The position numbers were made by a program, and so were the translations under genes. The notes under the pieces were generated by a model. The model had not been told where the DNA came from. It worked only from the letters and a program-made list of their open reading frames with translations, and ran no database searches. 58,560 nucleotides of DNA from IMG/VR virus record IMGVR_UViG_3300009149_000037, positions 1 through 58,560 of that record; one strand, 5' to 3'. The stretch comes from a virus (lineage: Duplodnaviria > Caudoviricetes). Of this stretch, positions 19,539 to 29,104 are shown piece by piece. Positions within the stretch are counted from its first letter, which is position 1. Every line of letters starts with the position of its first letter.

Positions 19539-20903
19539 TCAGACAGATTTCAGATGCTCCAAAGAAACCTCAATAACCGTTCCGGCACCCGCATAGCCGT
19601 TCCCGACTGAGACTTTCGCCCTTTTGGGGTAGAGTTCTTTGATGGTTCCCTTCCATCGTGAGGCTTCGTCGTCAGTCTCTTGGACCCAAACTTCATCGCC
19701 CTCTAAATGCTTGCCTTTTCGCTTCGTAGGCTTCTCTTCGAGGGTTTTATCGTCGTCTTCTGGCTCATCTTCCTCTTCGGGTTTCTCTGGCTTGCCAAGG
19801 TCAATACCGCCAACTGTCGGACACTCAATCAGAGTCTGATAACCGTCTTCGTTGATCTTGTATTCCAACTTGAGTTTTTCTCTGGTCACTGTCTTCCCTG
19901 AAGAAAATAGATTCCAAGCTTTGATCAGCAGAGCCACTGTATCCTCAGTTGTGATTCTTTCGTCGTCATCGACTTCTGCCATCATTTCAAAAAGGTGTTG
20001 GAGTTTATTCGAACGAGCAGCGATCAAAACGAAGAATTCTTGAGCGAGTTCTTCCATGCTCCAATCAAGAACAGATTCACTTCTGACATCATCATCAGAA
20101 TAGTATTCATGGAAAATGGATTTGGAAGATGCCATTAAGTAAAGCAGAGCAGCACACTTGCCAGGAACCAGCCATTTCGTGATATTGCCATCAGTGTCCT
20201 CTTCAAAAATAAAGCCTACGCAATCAATCAATTTCAGATGTCGTTCAACGAAGCCGATTGATTCGCTGTGAGTTCGTTTTGCAGCGTTGAAGGGATCAAA
20301 ACAAGCTCCAGTTCTTTCCCAGAGATTTCTGATACAGAAGTCTGCGATTCGGGCAACTCGTTTTTTCTGAGTTCCGTTGAGCTTCATGGATTGGAAATAA
20401 GCTGAACGATACATCACGTCAGTCAGGCTCCGTGGTTTGCAGGTATCCATCGTGTTCACCGTCTCGTCGCCTTCATCGACTCCATACACAATCAACTTCT
20501 CGATGAAAGGTTCTTCAGACCAGAACTGACCCTCGGGCCATTCAGCGTATTCCTCTGCTGCGAGAATCAAACCAATCAGAGTGTGTTGACCATTGAGTAC
20601 CAATCCCGTTTTACCAATAATGATTGGCTCGCCGTTGAACATCCACCGATAACGAAGAATTTCTTGCTTCAGCGAATCGTAATTGCTCTTGGAAATTGGC
20701 CGATTCGTGATGTTGTTAGCGAGGAATACTTTCCTTGATCCAACTTTGAAATTGTGAATTTCCAAAGGCGTCTCATCTGTTGCTTCAGTCCATCCCAGAA
20801 GTTCTTTGGCTTCGTCCGCTGAGATGTAATCTCCTGGAGAAGAATAAGCGATTTCAGCAAACAGAACTTCACGGGCAGCAGCAGTCGTTTTCTTGGTAGC
20901 CAT
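19539..20903 (-). CDS. ParB/Srx-like (DGQHR-related) N-terminal domain protein with acidic linker and SH3-like C-terminus
   Basis: 'NNITNRPIS..WMFNGEPIII..LNGQHTL'. Confidence 0.65.
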   Translation of the reverse strand: MATKKTTAAAREVLFAEIAYSSPGDYISADEAKELLGWTEATDETPLEIHNFKVGSRKVFLANNITNRPISKSNYDSLKQEILRYRWMFNGEPIIIGKTGLVLNGQHTLIGLILAAEEYAEWPEGQFWSEEPFIEKLIVYGVDEGDETVNTMDTCKPRSLTDVMYRSAYFQSMKLNGTQKKRVARIADFCIRNLWERTGACFDPFNAAKRTHSESIGFVERHLKLIDCVGFIFEEDTDGNITKWLVPGKCAALLYLMASSKSIFHEYYSDDDVRSESVLDWSMEELAQEFFVLIAARSNKLQHLFEMMAEVDDDERITTEDTVALLIKAWNLFSSGKTVTREKLKLEYKINEDGYQTLIECPTVGGIDLGKPEKPEEEDEPEDDDKTLEEKPTKRKGKHLEGDEVWVQETDDEASRWKGTIKELYPKRAKVSVGNGYAGAGTVIEVSLEHLKSV

Positions 20904-20947
20904 TTGTCGTTTCCTTGAATCAAAGAGTTAAGGGAGAAAAGCAGAGA

Positions 20948-21920
20948 CTAGAGTTCTGGACCAGTCCAAGTCAGAACGTGATTCTTGCGACTGACAAGAC
21001 CAGTGTTGACAAGAGTCTCAATAAACCGGTCGAACTGATCGGCAGTCAGGTCTGGAAAAGATTCCATCATCAAAGCGTAGAGATGACCAGCAGGAACTGA
21101 TTTGAGTTCTCGAATTGCTTCACAGACGGCGACAGAGATTAAGAAACGAGTGTTTTGAGATTTGGTCAACATGAGAAACTCCTAAGTAAGCCAAGAGGGA
21201 ATAGTGACACTGCCGTCTCGATGCAGCAGATACATTTCAGGGTCTAACCTCGACTCCAGATCAGCAGGATAGAGGAAAAAAGCTGAGACCGCAGTAGCGT
21301 AGTCGCTGAAAATTTCCTCTTCAGAAGGTGGTCCATCAACAGCCTCTTTCTGAAGTGTGTAGATCAGTTTTCGGTCAAGGAAAAACGCATCATCAGTTCT
21401 GCATTTTCCAGAGAGAACTTCTGACCGAACCCATTTGTCAAAGCTCTCGGCGGGTTGATTGTCGAGAGTACAATCGAATGTTCTTCGAAATTCTGCCATC
21501 AGACTTCTCCTCAGGAAATTCGGTCAGTGCGGGTCCAGTAACAGTAGTTGCAGATGTGTGCTCCGTCAGAATCTTCGAAACACTTGCCATTCGCCGTCTC
21601 TGGTCGTTTGCAGCACTCACAAGGCAACTGATCGTCGTTGTGCTGATCAATCAATCCCAATGGGAAAATCTCAGCGTTCTGTTTCTGTCGTCTCTTCGAT
21701 TCTGCTTTGGTGATCGTCTTCATTTCGTTTCTCCAGAGGGTTTCAAAAATGGGGTAAGAAAACTTGGTGACTACCAGATTGAAACAATCCAGTCAGAACC
21801 AAGTTCCTTACGAAGTTCATCCCCTGAATTCACCGTGAAGAATCGAACCTGACCAGTCGTCTTGTGGGATGCTCGGAAGTTTGCGAAAGCTTTATTTCCG
21901 ATTGTTTGTTCAATGATCAT
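20948..21920 (-). CDS. Four small early hypothetical genes (20948-21172 wHTH-like, 21182-21499, 21511-21723 CxxC, 21771-21920)
   Basis: Consecutive minus-strand ORFs, each with a GGAG/AGGA RBS. Confidence 0.55.
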
Positions 21921-22410
21921 TTTTCGTTTCCTTGGTTTGGGTTTCGTTTCAGCCAGTCGTTGTTTCGACTGAGGGAAGTATTATAATAGTCGGCGTTCCC
22001 ATAAAGCCTGGGATAGACTTTTTTCCAATTTTGCGAGAAATAGTTGCCTTTCCCTACTTTTCCCTGTGAAAAAGGCCCTTTTCAATCTTGGAAATCTTCC
22101 TTCAAAACGTCTTTTGAGGCTCAATCGAGAAAAATGAGAGACAAAAAGGTTTTGAAAGGGGCGAGCGGCGATCGTCGAAGCAAGTTTGAAAACGTCTTTG
22201 AAAAAACTTGCTTGAAAAGATGAGACCGGCTGCGAAAAAAGTGAGAGAAATTTCTGAGACGCGAGGCAAGCCCCAAACTAGCCCTATGTATTAGTTCTTT
22301 TATTGTCCCTTTACTTTCCCCTACTACGTTACTACGTTACGTGGGTGGGTTTTGGGAGCGAAGAGGTTAATAGTTAATATATAGTTATCTATATAGAGAT
22401 AAGAGATAGT
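21921..22410. other. Non-coding divergence region (candidate origin/terminus/control region)
   Basis: About 490 bp without a good ORF between leftward and rightward arms, containing short repeats and an AT-rich tract. Confidence 0.5.
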
Positions 22411-22761
22411 ATGTCTAAGAAGTCTTCAGAGATATGGAAAGTGATCCCAGCTCAAAGTCTTTCTCGCCGCGAAGGATATTTTGAGGCATCTTCTTTTGGA
22501 CGAATCAGAGAGGAAACAGATGACGGATATCTGTATCTGGAACCTTTTTTCTCCAGAGTGAATAAACTTCAGATAATTCGCTTCTCTAAAAATAGGCAAA
22601 GGCCAGTTCATCAACTGGTGCTCCACGCCTTCAAAGGTCTGAAGCCTCAAGGCTGCTCTGAGTTTGTCTATCGAGCAAAACACCTTGATGGAAACTTCTT
22701 GAACAACACTCCAGAAAATCTTGCTTGGATCAAAGTTCCGAGAGAGGAAGCTGCCGTCTGA
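22411..22761 (+). CDS. NUMOD4/HNH homing-endonuclease-like protein
   Basis: 'WKVIP..YFEASSFGRIR..VHQLVLHAF..HLDGNFLNNTPENLAW'. Confidence 0.8.
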   Translation: MSKKSSEIWKVIPAQSLSRREGYFEASSFGRIREETDDGYLYLEPFFSRVNKLQIIRFSKNRQRPVHQLVLHAFKGLKPQGCSEFVYRAKHLDGNFLNNTPENLAWIKVPREEAAV

Positions 22762-22822
22762 TTTGCTTGCTCTTTTTCTTCAGGGAATTGCGAGGAAGGC
22801 TGCCGAGAAATCGAGCAGCGTT

Positions 22823-22847
22823 TTTTATTTCTAAGCTACGTTATAAT
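22823..22847 (+). promoter_or_regulatory. Rightward promoter motif TTTTATTT(T)CTRAGMTACGTTATAAT, copy 1
   Basis: Near-identical copy at 25653-25678; perfect TATAAT; both lie upstream of gene starts. Confidence 0.65.
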
Positions 22848-22886
22848 ACGCGGCACCAAATCACCTCTGACTTCGAAAGGTACATA

Positions 22887-24028
22887 ATGACGAATGGCAA
22901 CAACAAGTATTCATGGGATGAGTGGTTCAAGAAAAACTATTTCACCCTGAAGCATGGCAGACACTTTGAGGGTGATCCTTCTACGATGTGCCAACAGGTT
23001 CGGAACGCCGCGAGTAGAAGAGGTCTTTCAGTTTCTGTAAGGCAAGACCCAGCAACTAACTCAATCAAGGTGACAATCAATGGCCCGCGTTAAAGGCTGC
23101 TCTCATGGCAACGATCCTCAAGACTGCGACGAATGCCAGATTGAAAAGATTCAACATCCCCCAAATGGAAATGACAGATAAAGGAAAATCCAATGGGAAT
23201 GCACGCTGATGATTGCCTTAATGAAACTCTTCAACATGAAATGAATTTTCAGAACTACAGTGAAGGAAATCTAAGTTTGGAAGAAGCCTATGAATTTGGG
23301 CTGATTGATGAGCGAGGATACGCTCCAAAAGAATTAGTAGACTCTTCTCTCAGACTTGGAGTTATGGATGCAGAATCACTTGAAAATGAACTTGCTCTTT
23401 GCGAAGGAGCTTTCAAGGGTTCATCCAGTTGTCTGACCCAATTGCTAGGATCAAACTTTCTTTTTAAGCAGCGTCAAAAATCTTCTGAGGTAATCCACTA
23501 TTGGAGATCAGGAACAAAACTCCTACTTCCAAAAGACATGACTAATTCTCATTTGGAGAACGCAATTACCTATTGCAAGAAAAATGGAATTGAAAAAACT
23601 CCAATTGCCAAAAATATGGTCAAAGAATTAAAGAAAAGGAAGTCTAAATGACTAAGGAAGTGAAAAGAATCGAAAGAGGTTGGCCTGGGCACTTTATTTG
23701 TGCGCACAGATGTAGATTCAGAAGAAATACTCTTTTAGAACTGAAATCTCTAAGGTTAATTGTCAGTACAGTTGGTTGTATGGAGGACCCTTTGAATCCA
23801 GATAAATTTTTTGAGATTGGATTCAATAGACATTATGAAACCATGGTATTCTTTGCTTCCTGGCAAGAAGGAAAATACTGGGATGCTGATTGTCAAAGAG
23901 GAGAAGTCAGTTTTGACTCTCCTTGGATGGTTAAGGATTTGGAAAATGATAATCTAGCGAATAATCAACACGAAGAAGTTGTTAAAGAAATTCAAACTAG
24001 AATGCTTCAAGGAGACTCCTTCAAATGA
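22887..24028 (+). CDS. Three hypothetical proteins (22887-23093 possible DNA-binding, 23193-23651, 23648-24028)
   Basis: ORFs with RBSs and translational coupling. Confidence 0.55.
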
Positions 24029-24513
24029 CATACTTCATTGGAATTGATCCAGGAAAATCAGGCGGTCTGGTTGCTCTTTCTTCTTCAGGGAAGATTGAGG
24101 AAGCCTCAGTGATGCCTTCAACTGAAACAGATATCGCAAATTGGTTTGGCGGTTACTCAAATCTTATCAACGGTCACAATTACGCTCTAATTGAAAAAGT
24201 TCATGCGATGCCAGGACAAGGTGTGACGAGCATGTTTACTTTTGGACGTAATTTTGGTTTTTTGAGGGCTTGTCTTTGCTGCAATGAAATACCTTTTAAT
24301 GAAATTCAACCAAGAGAATGGCAGAAAGCTTTTGGAATTCCTTCTAAGAAGAAAACTGAAAACAAGAGACAATTCAAAATCAGACTGCTAGAAAAAGCTC
24401 AACAACTGTTTCCAAGTTTTCCGCTTTGGAAAGAACCAAGGGCATTGGGTAGGCAACTTTCAATCTGTGATGCTTTGTTAATTGCAGAATTCTGTAGGAG
24501 GATTTATGGATGA
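24025..24513 (+). CDS. ruvC: RuvC-like Holliday junction resolvase
   Basis: 'IGIDPGKSGG', 'ALIEKV', 'FTFGRNFG', 'QPREWQK', 'DALLIA'. Confidence 0.88.
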   Translation: MTYFIGIDPGKSGGLVALSSSGKIEEASVMPSTETDIANWFGGYSNLINGHNYALIEKVHAMPGQGVTSMFTFGRNFGFLRACLCCNEIPFNEIQPREWQKAFGIPSKKKTENKRQFKIRLLEKAQQLFPSFPLWKEPRALGRQLSICDALLIAEFCRRIYG

Positions 24514-24628
24514 GCACTAACTCAAAAAACAAATGGAGAGTTTGTAGGAATTGTAGAAACAAATGGAAGTCTACTAAACAACAATGTCCAAATTGCGGAC
24601 GTAGAAACTCGTTTAGGATTCCAAAGAA

Positions 24629-25101
24629 ATGAAAGATTTAGCCTCTCAAATAGCCTCTATGGTTGAAGACAAACCTGATTCAACTCTCACGATTAGAGTT
24701 GTTAAAGATAGACTTAGAATGGACTTTGTAGTTCCTTGGGACAAAAAGGAATTAAGAAGAAGCTCAGAGATTGTCTTAAGTAATTTGTTTCGACATAGAT
24801 TCCCCTCGATTCAAGTAAGTAAGTTACTAAGAAAAACTGAACAAGACATTGATAAGATTTTACTTTCAGATCCAAATTATATTGAAAAATATATTGGAAA
24901 GGACTGAGAGAAATGAAAATTGTTCAAATAATTGTTTCGCATACTCTGAAGAGAAATGGAATTGACAAACATCGAAAATGTACTTTGACAATTCCAAAAG
25001 CTTTCTCTGATCAATATCCAAAGTCTCAACAATTCGTTGTTGAACAACATGGTTTGAATCTTCTTTATGTTCCTGTGGAAAACTTCAAGAGACAAACATG
25101 A
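24629..25101 (+). CDS. Two hypothetical proteins (24629-24907, 24913-25101)
   Basis: ORF track; AT-rich. Confidence 0.45.
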
Positions 25102-25646
25102 AAACGATAAACTGGAAACGACACAAAGAAAATTGGATGGATTGCGACAAATGCAGTCTTTGTGAACGTCGAAGCAAAGTAGTTTTGTTGAAAGGTAAAG
25201 TTCCTTGTGATGTTCTTTTCGTTGGAGAAGCTCCAGGAGTTGGAGAAGATACAATTGGAAAACCTTTTGTTGGTCCTGCTGGTTATCTATTAGACCAAAT
25301 GATTGAAGCTGCTGAACCACTAGAGATAAGACTTGCCTTCACAAATCTGGTTGCTTGCATTCCCAAAGATGAAGAGGGAATAAAGATGAAAAATCCACCA
25401 AAAGATGCAATCATGAAATGCTCTAAGAGACTTCAGGAAGTGGTCAAGCTTTGTAAGCCAACTCATGTTATTTGCGTTGGTAAGCTTTCTTCAAAATGGT
25501 GTCGTCAATTTATTGAAGGAGTTACCTTTGAGGATATCATTCATCCAGCCTCAATCCTCAGAGCAGACATTACTCAACAAGGATTAGCAATTCAGAGAAA
25601 TGAAACTCTGATGGGAAATCTCTTCAGAAGTCTGATTCCTTTTTGA
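25098..25646 (+). CDS. udg: Family 4 uracil-DNA glycosylase (SPO1 polymerase-associated type)
   Basis: Fe-S 'CDKCSLC', 'FVGEAPG', 'GKPFVGPAG', 'TNLVAC', 'HPA'. Confidence 0.9.
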   Translation: MKTINWKRHKENWMDCDKCSLCERRSKVVLLKGKVPCDVLFVGEAPGVGEDTIGKPFVGPAGYLLDQMIEAAEPLEIRLAFTNLVACIPKDEEGIKMKNPPKDAIMKCSKRLQEVVKLCKPTHVICVGKLSSKWCRQFIEGVTFEDIIHPASILRADITQQGLAIQRNETLMGNLFRSLIPF

Positions 25647-25652
25647 GTCGCC

Positions 25653-25678
25653 TTTTATTTTCTGAGATACGTTATAAT
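25653..25678 (+). promoter_or_regulatory. Rightward promoter motif, copy 2
   Basis: TTTTATTTTCTGAGATACGTTATAAT. Confidence 0.65.
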
Positions 25679-25697
25679 TCGCCTCAAAGGAAACGAG

Positions 25698-26492
25698 ATG
25701 AAAAAAGAAGAACCTCAAGAGTCTGAAGAAGAAAAAGAAGAGAGACTTGATAAACTGAGAATGGAAGCAAGGGACTATGAACTATTTAGATGGAAGTGTC
25801 CAAAATGTGGAAGCGTCCATCAATTCAAAGCCAATCAATGCTTTAACCGATCCTGCCTCTACAAAGGTAAACTCAAAAAGGTGAAACGATGATAAGTGAA
25901 GAAATCATTTTGCAACGCGATCGTGTAGAGTGTTTCATCAATGAACTGCAACAAATAATTGAGTTGAGTTCAGTCTACGAAATAAAGCTAAGATTTACTG
26001 AAGCTCAAATTGTGATTGTTCCGTTACATTCCCCAATTGTGGTGAAGCGATGATTGAACAAATTTATTGTTACACTTTTGAAGGAACAGGGGCTGTAACA
26101 AAATCAACTATCATCATTCTTGAAACACAAGAATATCATGCTTTGAGAAACGCTAAAGCATGGGCCTATAAAAATGGTCTTGACCCTGAATCTCTTAAGA
26201 GGGTTTGCTGTAAACCAATTGAGATAGGGTTAGTCGTTTATGCTCACGATGGAAATGATTGTTAACCAGTAACTAAAAAGGTAAAACGATGATTTCTGAA
26301 AATGAACCTTTTGACTTGTCCAAATATAGACAATTGCAAGTTGGTGAATTCATTGACGTGGGTGATATTTGGAGTAGAACAACAAAGCCATTTCGATGGG
26401 AAGAAATTAATAACTCAACTGTTGCGTCTGGAGTTAAGTTACTAGGTTTAATGTGGCTTGACAGTTACCCATTAGTTTTTCGAAAAAAGTAA
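25698..26492 (+). CDS. Four small hypothetical genes (25698-25892 Zn ribbon, 25889-26053, 26050-26265, 26289-26492)
   Basis: Joined by repeated AAAAAGGTRAAACGATGA-type junctions. Confidence 0.55.
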
Positions 26493-26496
26493 AACG

Positions 26497-27609
26497 ATGA
26501 AAAAGAAATCAGCAACTTCAAAACTGAAAAAGATCAAAGTTGAGAAAAGGGAACCAGTTTGGAAAGGTCCAATTGAAGAAGGTGTTACTCAAAGTTTGTT
26601 GAGTATGTTTTTGACTTGCCGAGAACGATTCAGACTGAGGGTGGTTGAAGGCTTGCGAGTGGTAGAGGGATTTTCCAAAGCTCTTGAATATGGAAACATG
26701 TGGCATCTCTGCGAAGAGAATCATGCTCACGGAATTGATTGGGAGAAGCCTCTCAAAGAGTATGCTCAAAAACTGGTTGGTCTGTATCAAGGTCAACAAG
26801 AGGAAGTCAGCAAGTGGTATTCAATCTGCAAGATGCAATTTCCCCATTATGTGAAATACTGGAAGCAACATCCAGACGTTAAGAAGCGAACGCCAGTCTT
26901 GTCTGAGGAAGTCTTTTGCGTGCCTTATGTTCTTCCTTCAGGGAGAGTAGTGAAGCTGAAGGGTAAATGGGACAGTGTTGATATCGTTGGTAAGGGAAGA
27001 AATCGACAACTCTGGCTCCAAGAGAATAAATCCAAAGGAACCGTTGACGAAGAAAATATGGAACTGCAATTGGCCTTCGATCCTCAAACGATGATTTATG
27101 TCGTGGCTCTTGAAGCAGCGATCAAATGCGGTCAAGTAAAATCTCCAGAAGAAAAGATTACTGGCGTACGTTATAATGTCGTGCGGAGACCACTGAGTAG
27201 CGGGAAAGGTTGTATCAGACAACACAAACCGACGAAAAGTAATCCTGCTGGAGAAAGCCTTGAGAGTTTCTATGATAGGCTGGAGCAATATATCGTTGAC
27301 GAGCCAGAACACTATTTCAAACGATGGAACGTAGAACTCTCTCAAACAGACATTGATAAGTTCAAAACTCAATTTTTCAATCCAATTTTGGAACAACTCT
27401 GCGATTGGTGGGAGTTCATCGCCGTAGAGCCTTTCAATCCTTGGACTAAACGAATGGGACATGCTCAAGGAATTCATTGGAGACATCCTTATGGAATGTA
27501 CAATCCAGTGAATGAAGGAAGAGACCAATACAGTGAGTTTTTGAAGAATGGAAACGAAACAGGATTGACTAGAATTCCAGAACTGTTCCCCGAACTGAAA
27601 GAAGAATAA
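26497..27609 (+). CDS. PD-(D/E)xK exonuclease (RecB/Cas4-like recombination nuclease)
   Basis: 'TQSLLSMFLTCRERF', 'YGNMWH', 'LKGKWDSV..LQENKS', 'QTMIY'. Confidence 0.8.
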   Translation: MKKKSATSKLKKIKVEKREPVWKGPIEEGVTQSLLSMFLTCRERFRLRVVEGLRVVEGFSKALEYGNMWHLCEENHAHGIDWEKPLKEYAQKLVGLYQGQQEEVSKWYSICKMQFPHYVKYWKQHPDVKKRTPVLSEEVFCVPYVLPSGRVVKLKGKWDSVDIVGKGRNRQLWLQENKSKGTVDEENMELQLAFDPQTMIYVVALEAAIKCGQVKSPEEKITGVRYNVVRRPLSSGKGCIRQHKPTKSNPAGESLESFYDRLEQYIVDEPEHYFKRWNVELSQTDIDKFKTQFFNPILEQLCDWWEFIAVEPFNPWTKRMGHAQGIHWRHPYGMYNPVNEGRDQYSEFLKNGNETGLTRIPELFPELKEE

Positions 27610-27854
27610 TGCAAAAGACTGGACTAACTATGGATGAGGCTAAAGACCTCATAAAAGAGCCTACTCTAAGAGGGGAAAGCTCTTGTGGTACTTGTGGATT
27701 TTTTAGAAAAGGTCATTACTACTCAGACAGTACAAAAAACTTTGCAGATTTTGTGTTTGATAGTAGTCTTGGAAATTGTTGTAGATTTCCTGAAACTGCT
27801 CTAAAAACAAAGACCCATTGGTGCGGAGAATTTTCATTAGAGGACAAAAAATAA
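27609..27854 (+). CDS. Small Cys-rich hypothetical protein
   Basis: 'CGTCGFF..GNCCRFP..HWCGEF'. Confidence 0.6.
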   Translation: MQKTGLTMDEAKDLIKEPTLRGESSCGTCGFFRKGHYYSDSTKNFADFVFDSSLGNCCRFPETALKTKTHWCGEFSLEDKK

Positions 27855-27862
27855 TCTCAATA

Positions 27863-28038
27863 GGCAAGGTGGCGAAATGGTAGATGCTGATGACATAGAA
27901 GACTTATGAAGGTGTGCTATGTCCCCGAGAACAGTGAATAAACGCGAGTGACAAGAGGGTCTGGAAGGTCACTGGTTTTGATCCAGCAGCACTGTCGCGA
28001 ATTAGTAAGTCATGCAGGTTCGAATCCTGCCCTTGCCA
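27863..28038 (+). ncRNA. tRNA-like RNA with ~120-nt structured insert replacing anticodon/variable arms
   Basis: Acceptor GGCAAGG/CCTTGCC+A, Leu-like D arm GCGAAATGGTAGATGC, perfect T arm GCAGG-TTCGAAT-CCTGC. Confidence 0.75.
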
Positions 28039-28073
28039 TTTTACAAATCCCTGAAACTGACTGGAGAAATCTG

Positions 28074-28931
28074 ATGGCCGTTGTTACGAAGCAGAAACGA
28101 AAAGGCGTTAAGAAACTCACTGGAGATATCTTCGATCAAATTCAACCAATTGAGTTTGACGATTACTTGAAGATGAATCTTTATGGGAAAAGTGGAACAG
28201 GAAAAACTTCTTTGTGGAGCAGTTTTCCTGGACCAATTCTTGGAATCATTACTTCTGGCTCAAACAAATCTGGTGAGTTGAGAAGTATTTCAAAAGCAAC
28301 AATCAAGAAAAACAGAATTGAACAGTTCCCTCTTCAAGACCCAGACCAGATTCGGGAAATTGTTAAAGCCCAAAGAGACTCTGGACGATTCAAAACTCTA
28401 GTCGTGGATCATATCTCCTCGCTTCAGGATCAAGTGTTAAAGAGTGTTTTGGGACTGGATGAAGCTCCTACTCAACTCTCATGGGGATTGGCAACTCAAC
28501 AGCAATATGGAACGCTGGCTCATCGCATGAAGGATTACATGCGAGACCTTCTTGGATTGGAAAACTGCAACATTGTTTTCGTAGCTCAAGAAAGAGTCTT
28601 TGAACCTAACAATGAAGATTCTGAATTAGATTTGCTACCTTATGTGGCTTCTGCGGTGAGTCCTTCAATTGTTGGATGGCTCAATCCTGCGGTAGACTAC
28701 ATCTGTGAGACGTTTATCCAAGCAAAAACGGCAGAGAAAACGATTAAGGTTGCTGGAAAAACGAAGACTAAAACTATTCGCCTGTCTGGAGTAGAATACT
28801 GCCTGCGAACTGGACCTTCAGAAGTCTACACTACAAAATTCAGAAAGCCTCACGACAGTGGAATTGATCTTCCAGAATACATTGTTGATCCAACATATGA
28901 TAAAATCATGAAACTCATTCAAGGAGAATAG
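28074..28931 (+). CDS. AAA_24 / Sak4-like ssDNA annealing ATPase
   Basis: 'LYGKSGTGKT', 'TLVVDHISSLQ', 'IVFVAQE'; adjacent to the exonuclease. Confidence 0.85.
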   Translation: MAVVTKQKRKGVKKLTGDIFDQIQPIEFDDYLKMNLYGKSGTGKTSLWSSFPGPILGIITSGSNKSGELRSISKATIKKNRIEQFPLQDPDQIREIVKAQRDSGRFKTLVVDHISSLQDQVLKSVLGLDEAPTQLSWGLATQQQYGTLAHRMKDYMRDLLGLENCNIVFVAQERVFEPNNEDSELDLLPYVASAVSPSIVGWLNPAVDYICETFIQAKTAEKTIKVAGKTKTKTIRLSGVEYCLRTGPSEVYTTKFRKPHDSGIDLPEYIVDPTYDKIMKLIQGE

Positions 28932-28932
28932 A

Positions 28933-29103
28933 ATGGCGACTACACAGAAACAGGACATTGATTTCATTGATACGGTGATTCCAAGCGACCTGCTTGAACA
29001 GGCAATCGACTGGATCGCGGCAAACATGGCCCCGGAAGAGGTATTCCCTGATTCCAAGTTGGAACAGTGGGCGGAAGAAGCTGGGCACATTCAAGGAGAA
29101 TAA
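28933..29103 (+). CDS. Small hypothetical protein (56 aa, not in ORF track) flanked by 15-bp direct repeats
   Basis: MATTQKQDIDFIDTVIPSDLLEQAIDWIAANMAPEEVFPDSKLEQWAEEAGHIQGE*; CATTCAAGGAGAATA at 28916 and 29088. Confidence 0.7.
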   Translation: MATTQKQDIDFIDTVIPSDLLEQAIDWIAANMAPEEVFPDSKLEQWAEEAGHIQGE

Positions 29104-29104
29104 A

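Noticed and set aside
26497-27609. Cas4 of a CRISPR system
   Set aside because: No array or other cas genes; context is a phage recombination module.
27863-28038. tmRNA or group I intron-containing tRNA
   Set aside because: No G3:U70, too short, no tag ORF, and no recognisable group I core. Kept as an unknown tRNA-like RNA.
27948-28073. N-terminal extension of the AAA ATPase
   Set aside because: Overlaps the tRNA-like RNA; the real start is ATG 28074 behind a GACTGGAG RBS.
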